From: Zygnema circumcarinatum SAG 698-1b
Taxonomy: Eukaryota > Plantae > Zygnematophyceae
Assembly (NCBI GenBank): GCA_037447605.1
Contig: CM074809.1
Coordinates: forward strand, 2,470,689-2,534,688
Reading direction: 5' to 3'
Length of the DNA: 64,000 bases
Below are positions 11,366 through 22,633 of this stretch, in pieces. A program made the position numbers and the translations under genes. The notes beneath the pieces were generated by a model. That model saw nothing but the letters and a program-made list of their open reading frames with translations. It was not told the origin of the DNA and ran no database searches. Each line of letters begins with the position of its first letter. Position 1 is the stretch's first letter.

Positions 11366-14300
11366 TTGCGGAATCGGAGACGCAACTTACTGTTGGCTCT
11401 GATTCTGCTTGTGGCCGGAGGATCCTTTCTGCAAGTTCCTATCCTTCCATTGGATGTGTCAATTGTTGAAAATGCCTTCCACCAACCCAAAGTGGCATTC
11501 CTGTTTCTCACCAGAGAAACGATGCCGCTAGAGTTCATCTGGGACCAATTTTTTGAGGTGTGATTCTGATTCGTTCGCTTCTTAATTAAGCCATTGTGCC
11601 ATTTCAGTTGTGCCTTTTGTTAGATCCATACCATCAGATGGACTTACGCATTACTCTTGAAGGATTTTCCAATTCCATTTCTTTCTTAGTGCTGAACAAA
11701 TAGGGTCTCAATTCGCACGTAGAAGGGAGATGAGTGAGTGCAATGGCTGAGACTGGGATAGTCTATTGCCGGCCTTATCGTCTATGTGTGATGACAAAGA
11801 TGCTGCAAATGGCAGAGTGCAGATCCCAGCAAGCCATACTCTGTCTATATCCATTCCCGCCCAGGAATTGTATTCAACTCCAATCTCACCTCCTGCCGTG
11901 CCTTCCTCAACCGTCAAATCCCCGACAGTGTCATGGTGGGTCGCCATCCCGAGCAGCACATGCAGTTGATTGGTTTAGCTTTTTGTTTGGTGCTGTTGTA
12001 ATGACCCTACATTCGGATGCAGATAGACATGCACATTACATATTTATCCTTGTTAATGTAAGCAACTGTAATGGAGGTGATGCAAAGCCGGATTTACTTG
12101 TTTTGGTCCACGCGAATGCAGGTGAGATGGGGCGAGTTGAGCATGGTGGAGGCAGAGCAGCGGTTATTGCAGAATGCGCTGAAGGATCCCTTGAACCACC
12201 GATTTGTCCTGCTGTCAGAGAGGTGGTCCAAATTGCTCCCCTATTTAAAAAATCAAATCAAGCTCATGTTTGAAATATGTTGACCTCTTTGTGACGTCTG
12301 CCATGACAGGCATGAGCTACGGCACCTTATCTTCTACTTGTCATATTTTTTTCGATAGCAGCCATTCTTGAGCACACATGCACATATGTGTTACCAGCCT
12401 GATTTGTGCTTATGGTGTCGTTTGATGAAGCAAGCGTAAGGTTGAGCAGCAGTGTGGCTGTTTAGATGCTTTCTAATTTCGTCATCCTTATACTACCTGA
12501 GTGTGTATGAACTTGCTTTATTTCTATCTGAAAATCTTGAAAGGGCAGTTAGGTGACCGAAGCAGATTGGGCGATTGTCTGTCCTTATGCGGCTGATCAG
12601 TGATCGCAGTGTTGAGTACCATCCTGCAGCTGTTTGCCTCTTCACGACTATGACTACGTATATGACTATCTCTTTTATTCACGGAAGAGCTTTCTCGACA
12701 GGTTAGCCCTCTTCCTGCCACTCTCCTGCTAACTAACCTGCCCTCCCTCAACATCGCCAACTAACTCACCTGCTCCATTCCTGCCTGCAGTTTTCGCGAT
12801 AGCGCGGACCGCGTCCAGCAGCGCTACAATCCGGAAATGGCGCCCGTTGTGGCACTATCCCATTGGCGGAAGGGGTCGCAGGTGTGCTACTTTACCCCTA
12901 TCTTGTTCTCTCTTTCTCTCTCTCTCTCTCTCTCGGCTTCTCTCCTTTCCCTATCGCTCCCCCGTGGGATGTGCCTTGCTAATCATGGTTCATGGTGTGG
13001 ATTGGGCAGTGGTTTGCTCTCATTCGGAAGCACGCACAGCTGGTAGCCATGGACAAGGAGATTTTTTCTGAGTTCCAGCAGCACTGCAAGGTGTGGAAGG
13101 CCCTCCGCTCTATATTGACTACATCCGCTTCTTTCATTTGGTTTATGGGAGATTGTTGTTATCTCTGTCATATTGCAGATGTCAGACCCTCAGAAGACAT
13201 GATGCATGCAGTGGTGGTTTGGCCTGCATCGTCAAATATGTTTCATCCAGCACCTGAAGATGTAGAGGACTTGCATGAAGTGAGCAAGCTATGTGTTTCT
13301 ACCACAAAGGTTTAAACGGACACAATGCTCGGTGGAGGAGACAAGCAGTGACTTACGTTCAGCGTTCGTTCATTGGCTTTGTTTGAGGAATACACATGCG
13401 GTAGTTTCGGAAGGGTTATCTCAATGGGTACAGCATGAGGAGTTCCTGTCGATTGAATCAAGGACATTAATTGTGAGATAGCTGCTGAGCTTGAGTTATG
13501 GGTTGCAATTGGGGTATTGCAGCGAGCAAGGGCTGGCTTCAAAGCACGGTATCCTAAGGTGCATCCCTGCCCCTCACCTCTTGCATCCGTATAACCTCGG
13601 CTCCCGAATAGTTAAAACCTACTCGCGATGCGTAAGCTTGGCTATTTTCAAGATGAGGGTTACCAGCAGTGACATCTCCAAAAGAGTCCTGTTTGTGCAG
13701 GGTAAAAACAAAACAACGGAGATTCTGCTTGACTGCGTTCCTGATGAGCACTTTGTACAAGCAGTTTTGGCGGTAAGATCCTTTGCTTCTGCTGCTTCAG
13801 AATTGTTGTACTGCGCAGTTTCCTGTGATGGAATTGCTGTCTTCTGCATTTCTTTGGTGGCAAGCAGCTATAGGTCCTTACACGGTTTTGCTTTTCAGCT
13901 GACAGGTTAAAGGTCGAGAACATGAACTGGTGAGGAGGTCGCTCACTTATGGCCATTGGGAGATAAAAGGCGGGAAAGCTGGGCCATTGCATCCAAAAAC
14001 ATTCGACACCTCAGACGTTACACCCAACGTTCTCAATTCCATGCAGGTGAAACTACCAGCAAAAAAGCTTTGTTTGGCTGAGAGGCCGGCCAGATCTCAA
14101 ACCGGCCTGTACTTGCATTGTGAACACGTCTGTGGTGCTCTTTGTCATATTTGGCTTTGGCCTAGTTACGAGTTGCAGGAGTCTTGATACCACACCATAA
14201 ACTGTCACTCTCTTCCAGGTGATTGAAAGCGTTACATTCGCCACAGAGCAGCGAACTGAGCACTGCGGAACCAAGAGGCTCCCTCAGCCGTGCTTCTTGT

Positions 14301-14407
14301 TCGCCAGGAAGTTCACGCGGGGAGCTGGACTGAAAATTGTGAAGAGAATGCCTGCGCTGATTGGGCTGCCCTATCGGGCGAGCAAAGCGGCGACGGGCGC
14401 CAAGTGA
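11366..14407 (+). CDS. Core-2/I-branching beta-1,6-GlcNAc transferase-like (DUF266, BC10-like) type II membrane glycosyltransferase; start further upstream
   Basis: TM anchor LLLALILLVAGG, then the spliced motifs PKVAFLFLT..PLEFIWDQFF, YSVYIHSRPG, VRWGELSMVEAEQRLLQNAL.D..N.RFVLLSE|SCLPL, WRKGSQ|WFALIRKHA, CVPDEHF, CFLFARKF; stop at 14407. Confidence 0.92.
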
Positions 14408-15149
14408 GAGCACGGGCATTAGTGCAGCCCACGACATCGCTGGAGACGTCTTCCACGTTGTGGGTGTCGTTCGGTGATGTTTTAATGGGACCTACATAAT
14501 TCTGAAACTCCGTTAGTCAGGCCATGTACTATAGAGATCAGCATTTGACATGCATTGAATGTTGGCAGCATCTATATCTTCAATTCCACGAAAGCCTCCT
14601 TCCATTTGTTTAATAGCTGCACTCTTATTTCTTGTTTCGTTGTAGGCAAGCACACAAGGGTATTATGATCTGCCTTTGGTTTGTGCGTGCATCGGAATTT
14701 GATGGGGTAGGGATTAGGCACGCCTATTGTAAGGCCTTTGGTGTACTTACACAGCACACATCTCTAAACTTCATCTGCTCACTCTCAGCCTCTTCCCACC
14801 GCCCATACCTCCCTTTCTCTCTTTACAAAGATCAAATGCATGTCCAACATGGACCACATGTATCTCAATGGAGGCGATGTGTTGTTAAGAGAGAGGTTAT
14901 ACCTCATGCCACTGAAGGAGATTTACTTTACCAAGTAGAGCTCGGGCTGAACAGGATCTGTTTGCGGGCAAGACAAAGGGGTATCTTGCAACACTACTGC
15001 CCACCTTGCCGCTGAGTGTTCCGACGCTATGTAGAACTAAAAGGTTCCGGAAGCTCAATCACTGAAACAAAGCCTTTGGTTACATCAAAGAGCTGTATTT
15101 GCTGACTAAAGAAAAAAGGTTCGCTTTTTCAAAATCTCCATCGTCCATC

Positions 15150-18100
15150 TCAGCCAGGCGGCTGCGTTGGCTCGATCTGCAATCCGATATACCGTAGATG
15201 AGAGGATGCGAGCCGAGAGCGGGGGCTTACCAAACCGACTATGGCATTGGACGCTAGAAAAATGGTCATCATGAAGGACAACAAAGCAAAAGCATAATGA
15301 GTAGTCCAATCCTGCAAGGGACATACCTCCTGCTGACTGCTGGCCTGAGCCCTTCGTCGGTATTTTCTTATCATATACCACCCCCATACGAGCGCTGCAG
15401 TCATGGCAAACAGCCTCATTGTGAAGGAGCCTTTGTCTCCTTCCATTTCTTGTCTTCCTGAGACGGGCGCTTCCTTTGGCATGAAGGTCTTCCCAGCTTG
15501 CATCAGATACTCACTCCATCGCGACAGGAGGGTATGAATTCTTCCCAGTATTGTCAGAGTATCTTCCTCCACTAATGCTGGTGCCTTCATAATCTGCACA
15601 CCAGCAATTGGCCACTCTCGTTCGTAAGCCATCTTGTGCTCGGTGATCTTCTTTCTCAACAGCAGGTACACATGGAACAGCTTCTGAATTGTTTCCAACA
15701 AACAGCATGAAGATTAAGTTCAGCTGAATCCATTACTGAGAAATTGAGAGGATATGCATGTTGAACGGGTGAGCTAAAGCAATGCAAATCACAATTGTGT
15801 ATGCCCCCCCATTCACGAGTGTGAGAGAGAGTACATTTCGTGGGAAGTCTGTTTTGTCCCCCGACGCCACTAAGTGCTCAATCCATTCCTGCACCTGCAC
15901 CTTGAGAACGTTCAGGGGCTGCATTCGAAGGTAATTACGTGCTTGCAGACACTGAGCTCCATTTTTTAATAATTCCGCATCAAGGCCCATCACTGCACAG
16001 TTGATACATTAATCTTCAAAAGTAGAGCTAAAGCCAGAATAAGTCTGGCTGCTGTCAGGAAAGTTTCAAAGCTCAGCTCCAATTCCAACCGAACTCTATA
16101 TCTTTCTTGTTTCTGTAAAACGCACCTCTGTCTGATTGGTCGTGTTGCCGCCATAGATAGACACGTATGTTGTGGCGGGCTGCTGAAGAAGTTCGTCTCT
16201 TTGGAAGACCAGCATTGCCAGTCCAACCGAAAGGCCATCGGATTGCTTGGAGCAGTGCAGTGGAGCATTCCAGGAAAGCAAAAACCCGCAAAATTTCTGC
16301 CTCCAAAAACCCGAATGTTCATAAAGCTCCTGTCCGGTTGCAGCGCTCTCCTCCCCTCTTCATTTTTCGTCGAAAACTGAAAGCCCTAAAGGCTGAAATC
16401 TGACTTCTCTAGAACTTCAGAAGCACTAATCCTGGATGTTAAATTCGATCTACCTCTTTGCATAAGCTCTCTCATGCAATGACCAAGAAAATGGCTCAAC
16501 GGTGTCAAATCAAACACAGGAGATTCCTTTTCACTCAAACAGGCTAAGACTGCTCCAAAGCTGGTCGCACTACCTTCTGCGTTGAACCATCCAGCCAAGA
16601 AAGCGTGAGGCGTTTCTCCATCCATGCCTGTCGTGCAGCTCCCTCCATCTTTCCATTCTCCTCCTCTCTTTCATCTCCCTTGGCTGCAGGAGCGGCCGCC
16701 TGCTCCAACTGCTCCTGCACGCCGCGCATCATCTGACACCACTCCTTCCAGCTGTCAGAACAGGACGCAGATGCAAACACGTCCCTCTTTCTCACCTCCC
16801 TTACCTTCCCTTCCCTTCCCCTCCCTTCCCCTCCCTTCCCCTCCCTTCATCTCTCCTTCTTCCCCCATCCCCCTCCCTCCTCCCCCCCTCCCTCACCTTG
16901 CGTGCCTCGTTCAGAGCGGGTGCGGGTGTGCCCACCGCCACTGCGCAATACCACTTCTGCCTCCCACTGGACCGGCCTCCCCGGGGGAAGCCAAACCCAT
17001 CACAGCCGAGAGCAGCGGTAGTCGCACTTCGGAGCTGCGGTAACACTGCTTCCCCGGCTTCTCCCATGCTCTTCAGAAGGAGACAAGCAACGGAAAACCA
17101 AAGAACACACCTCCCTGCAAGAATGATCCCTTTGTTAAACGGTGTTCAGGCGAAGGAACGCACCGAAGGTGTGGTGTTGCAGAAGAAGCTGATGCAATTC
17201 TCTCCCAGTGATCGGCCCTGCCACACGCGTGAAGCCATATGAGCAACACCGGGGGAATCGCGGAGGGAAGAGAAAATGAGGCAAAAGCATGGGGGAAGAG
17301 TCGGCCTGCCTGAATGGATGATGGGCTCCATAAAGGGATCTTTGTAGATGGCCAGCGCAGGAGGGCCGGAAATATTCCACCTAGCAACCGGATGCAGCAG
17401 TGAACAGAGCACTATATCATTGTGCTGACAAAACGAAGACATTCAAGCAATAGTGCAGGTTGTGTGCACCAAGAAGTACCATTTCTCGTACACGTGTCTT
17501 TCACTGTTGGAGAACGGCAGGATACCCCATTCGGCATATCGCCAGAAATGAGCGGCCCAAAAGCGTACAGTGGGCGGCGGAGATGTCCGGCCCTGCTCCA
17601 TGAGATAGAGCACACGCACCTGCCGGCCATGGAAGGGGTAAGGGCCCTTTTCACAGCGCTAATCAGCGCTCAGTCATGATAGACAATACAAGGTGGATGG
17701 CTTTCGTTTACCTCAGTTAGCAATGTTTAAGAAGATTATCTCTTGCTAACACGGAGAGTCTTCCCCGGGCAACTATGGGGGGAGGGACTCACCTTGTGGC
17801 TCGGCACCTTGGTGAAAAACGCCTTCTTCTGCCCACCATGCCTCCCACTTCCGCTCTTCAGCAGAGGCTCTCCTTCAGCAAGCACACTCTCCTGCCCTTG
17901 ACATTCCCTGACCTGCTGCAGAGCCCTACAAGAACGGATTGTACCACGTTGAGGAGGTTGAACACTTTCATAGCCGGTGTTCTCAGTACACTTTCCACTG
18001 CGAATTCCTCAAGTTCCCGAAGGCCGAGTTTGCCGTGAAATCTGCCCGCCTCCAAAGAGTATCCAGTTCCTCTTAATACCAGAGCAACTTCGCAACTATT

Positions 18101-21100
18101 TCACTACGATACAAACAGCTACACGGCCTTTGGCTTATGTGTGCTATAATGAGGAAAGGATTGGAAGGCACTGTTTGCGTGGAAATATCCCACCTCAATA
18201 AGCATGCGACATGATGACATCCAGGAGGTTTTCCGATGATTTCAGGAAGGCCTGCAAAAAAGCATCTTCCAGTCACGGGCGCTTCTCTTACTGCCGCAGC
18301 TACCTCGCAAACCAAACGCTTCATTCTTTCAAGAAAACAACAAAAATAACTGAATGCCTGCTAGCAGCGGCATCACCAGTAACGAGCTAAGCAGCAAAAA
18401 AAGGTCTACTTAAAGCCTGCCTTCCCTGACTTACAACAAAAGAAATGAAAACAATGAGTAGCACACAAAGTCAAATAAACGACCTCCTGAAAACACGTGG
18501 CGGCCAGTAGAGAGGCCCTTGGGGGCAAGGCTCTGCGCAGCGAGGGGTTGCTCCACAGCGTTGAGGCGGCCCACTGCCAGCGTGGCATCCAGCGCAGCAG
18601 CTGTGCGCCCACCGTTTCCCCTCCCACGGCAGGCTGAGCGGGCCGCTTTGGAGCCATCATGAATGTGTGCAAACCCATGACTTGGCAGAGAAAGGGGACT
18701 GAACGGCTGTGGGCGGCAGCCTCACCCAGCTGCTGCCAGGTGGGTGAAAAGTCGCGGCTTGCCCTCCCAAATGACGAGTAGACCTACATAAGCAGTTTGG
18801 ATGGACCCGGGATAAGCTCCTTTTGTTCAGGGGAAAGTGCAAGAGAGAAAGCTTCACCAGAGATTTCTGATTCAAGACTTCTAGGACTGCCTAGCACAGC
18901 AGCGCCTAACCACTGCTCGACTCCACTGCCAATATGGGACAGCCGCTGTCTTCCTCGAGTTCGTCGCCTGCTGCAGCACCTTCTTCTCGTTCCACTTTCA
19001 AGGCAGAGAGGCAGTAGGACCACCTGAAGGAGCCAAGGCTCGCCAGAAGCGAACACCTGCTGCTCGAGGGCTTCCTCCGTCAGCTCCACACCGGCAGGAG
19101 GTAGAGGCCCTGCACTCCATCCCGTCCCTCTCTCCAGCTCGACAGTTGAGCCTGTGCATGAGAGAGGACACAGCCCACTACAAAACCCCTTCCTTATAGC
19201 AAACGGAGCATGCACACAGAGAAGGAGCCGTTGTGGCACCTGAAGCTGGCGAAGACCAGAAGGGATGCGTGGGAGGACAGTGGCCATTAAAGGCTTCCTC
19301 TCGCCTCTCTGCTTCCTCCACTACCTCCTGTCAGCCCCTCATCCCTCTCATCAGCCAACCCTGCAATCGCAGGCCTGCTGAAGCGGGACGCCCTGACGCT
19401 CCCACTGTCAAGGAGAGAGAGACTGGTCACCTGCAGCTCATCAATTCCCAGCAGGTCGTACAGATGCCGCCTGTCCGCATTTAGCAGCACCTCCTTTGCA
19501 TGCAGCACCTGTGCCGCCAATGAAGCCAGAACGAGAGAGGAACGTTTGTAGCGAACAAAGCATGCTTGCCAGTGGCTCCCAAGTTCGGAGGACAACATGA
19601 TGCAGGAGAGGAGGACGAAAACAAGGCGTTCCCGCTCTAGTGTAGAGTTCCGTCAACCACTGTTGTTGGCTCGACGGCCGTGTGGACCGTGGCTCCAATC
19701 AGAAGCACTGGAACGAAGAAAGGAAATGGAATTGAAATGAAGAGCGAGAAGAGCACCTGAATACACCTCTCTCTTCCCGCAGGAGTGGAGTTGCCCTTCT
19801 GATCCCTGCGATTAAGGTGATTTCAACTAATTATTCTAGCTCTCAAGCGCGATGCACTTAGAAACTATTTTGCCAATTTCAACAGACACACATGAGTGAC
19901 GAATCAAAGATGGGAACACGGGCAGTAACTGCGAAGAAGGCTAGCCACGGTCATCATTAACCAATGGGAATCAGTAAGGCAAGGGTAATCAGCCCTTCGT
20001 GCCACATATCCATTTGAGTTCAAGTTCCACCTACCATTGCAGCAGCTGACTCTGTACTGCCGCCAATATTTCAGTTGCAGTTGCGTTCGACGGAATGCCA
20101 AGTACTGTCAGAATGAACACATTCAATGGGAGTCAACTCCTTCTGTTATGCTTGACGCCAAAGATGTTAGGCCTTGGAAAATTTCTTCTTATTGGGTCAT
20201 TTTCTGTACTTCATATCAACTTCATCTCCACTTCTACCTTCTTCTCCGGGTACCGACCCCACAATAGCTCCACACGGCATGAGCATAGTATGTTTATAAA
20301 CCTCCAAGTGAAACATCAAACTTTCAAACTGTAGCTAAGAAAGATGCACCTTATTTTGCTCAGACAGGAAAAGGCCAAAAGTCTCCTTGCACAAAGCCAC
20401 ATCTACGACGTTGAATTATTTTTCCCTAGCAGATCAATGGAACGAATAAGAATTTTCAAGTGCTCGAATGTTTTCTGAGCCTCTCATCAACACAAGGTCT
20501 TACCCTGTTCTGCATGCACGGTGTCCCTGAACATATTTCAGAACACTACATTCTTAGAGTCTAAGAATTCGGCTCACCCTTTGTTTTAGTAAGCCATAAT
20601 AGTCTTTCCAAAACTAACGATAATTGGATTATTCTATAATCAAGAGGGGAACTCAAGTAAGATCTGCAATATCTTGACGTTCACTGCTGTTTAAGGAATC
20701 CTTTAAGCAGTCTAAAACTCGCATTGTCTCCTCCTCTAAAATTGATCCTTGAACTAAATACGATGATATCAGACTGCCTTAAAATAGATTTTCATAATTA
20801 AATGGGCACATTCTTTCAAGAAACAATAAGACTTTTCTTTATACCAAAATTTCATTCCCTAAACCTGTTACCGCCTCGACATCTGTTCCGTATTCCTACA
20901 ACTAAAATTCAAACAATCTACGAAATGCGAATCTAGAACTATATCCTTCCCATCGTCCAGTTAGCAGGGACGCAGCGAACAGCAGAAACTCCAACATTCT
21001 CACCTGCATAGAGCTCTCCATATTCCCCGGCATTAGCGACAGCCACACGCCTCAGCAGCGCCATACCCACGAGCAGCAACAGCACGCCAGGGAGGGGCCT

Positions 21101-21115
21101 CCTGGAAGCCGCCAT
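15150..21115 (-). CDS. Secretory-pathway J-like domain + thioredoxin-like fold membrane protein (DNAJC16-like / Arabidopsis At1g18700-like)
   Basis: Signal peptide MAASRRPLPGVLLLLVGMALL. Spliced J-like domain VLGIPSNATATEILAAVQSQLLQW|DQKGNSTPAGRERCIQ|VLHAKEVLLNADRRHLYDLLGIDE. Trx-like EPWLLQ|VYSSFGRASRDFSPTWQQL. C-terminal TM segment LFAMTAALVWGWYMI. Confidence 0.8.
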
Positions 21116-21340
21116 GGCTGAGCGCGCCTCGCGCGCGAGCGGAGAGGCGGGAAGCCTTCTCTTTCGAACGCGCTGGTCCTCCAAAGCCGTCGGTCGGTAT
21201 CCGATACGAATGTCCGAGAATATCGACCCCTTGGCGATACACAGTATATCGTGATATTTCAACCTACTGAATCAGCTAGTTATTAATTCTACTGGATCAA
21301 CACGTTATTCTAGCTCTCAAGCGCGATGCACTTAGAAACT

Positions 21341-21493
21341 GGGAAAAGAAGTGACATTGATCTCACGATGGCGAGGCCATCAAATGTACATGAACAAAAT
21401 CAGCATGGGGAACCACGAGGAGCTGGTCGCACAGGACCATTTGATGACATTTGATGACATCGCCATCGTGAGATCAATGCCACGTCCTTTCCC
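21341..21493. mobile_element. 153-bp MITE-like element with ~46-bp terminal inverted repeats (repeat family R1)
   Basis: Left end GGGAAAAGAAGTGACATTGATCTCACGATGGCGAGGCCATCAAATG. Right end reverse-complements to GGGAAAGGACGTGGCATTGATCTCACGATGGCGATGTCATCAAATG. No clear TSD. Confidence 0.7.
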
Positions 21494-22633
21494 TTCTGTT
21501 ATGCTTGACGCCAAAGATGTTAGGCCTTGGAAATTTCTCCTTATTGAATTTCCATTTTCTGACAGCTGGCGAGTTCTGCTGGTGTCCTGCTGCCTTGCAG
21601 CTCCCTTGCAAGGATAGGGGCAGGTCTGCAGACAGGGTTGGCGAACGGTTTACATGCTCCAGACTGAGTCGTACTGAATGAAGATACCATGGTTCGCTGG
21701 CGTTAGAGGACGGGCGCAGGCGAGCCAGCCGGGCCCTCCAGAGGCGGCCTTCCTCGCTTTCTGCTACCATGCCGAGCAGGTGTATCAGGCTGTTAAACTT
21801 TGGTATTTCGCATCGAGACGTTTATCGATAGCAGTACACCGCTAGTTTGATCGTTGGTACACTCAAAGACCCAAATGTACTGGTTTTGAGGAGCAATGCA
21901 TTTGGTAGCAGCGGAGGCTTCCTGCAACTTGTTTTCTCGCTTTGGCGGAACCACTCTGCAAGCCGCGGCTGGCGCAATGGCGGCCAGGGACCTCCAGGGG
22001 ACTCGGCCGGCTCGGAAAGACGACTTTACGAAGGCAGTCATTAAAGAATTTGAAGATTTAACCGACCCTTGAGTTAACAAAGGTTATCTGGAACGTAAAG
22101 AATATTTTGACAAAAAATACGAAAAAGCAGCAGGCACAGAGGCTCGGTTCCAACGGCGGGTGTGTGAGGCCTTGTCTATGCTTCTCCTTCCCTTCCTATT
22201 GTTATAATCGGCCGTACGCCGTACAGATTCAAGAATGGCAACTGGGATGTACTTCACTATTGATTCTCCTTTTTTGTTTTTCTTCCTTTTTACCATGGAC
22301 ACAGAGAAGGTTGTTCCCAATTCACACTCGTGCAGTTGAAAATGCTACGAAGCACCTCTTGGAAGTTAACTCATTGATAGTTTTGTTTTCAACATCAATA
22401 ATAAACAAAAAAGGGGGCCAAGGTTGTTCGGCTGTTCTAGCTCGAATCAAGTAATGATGCATCAGAATCGTGCACGTTCGGAGTAGCTAAACTCAGATCA
22501 ACAATTGGCAGTACCAATGCCTGCTTCTCTAAATGCACGTGATGTATACTTCTGATTCTGCCTGTCTGTCCATCCGCCAGCTTGTGAAGACTGCCAATCA
22601 CTTGAAAGCTGCCAATCATTTGAGGGCTGGCGA

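Noticed and set aside
22069-22072. In-frame TGA as selenocysteine
   Set aside because: No redox motif context (CxxU/GCU) and no SECIS recognised.
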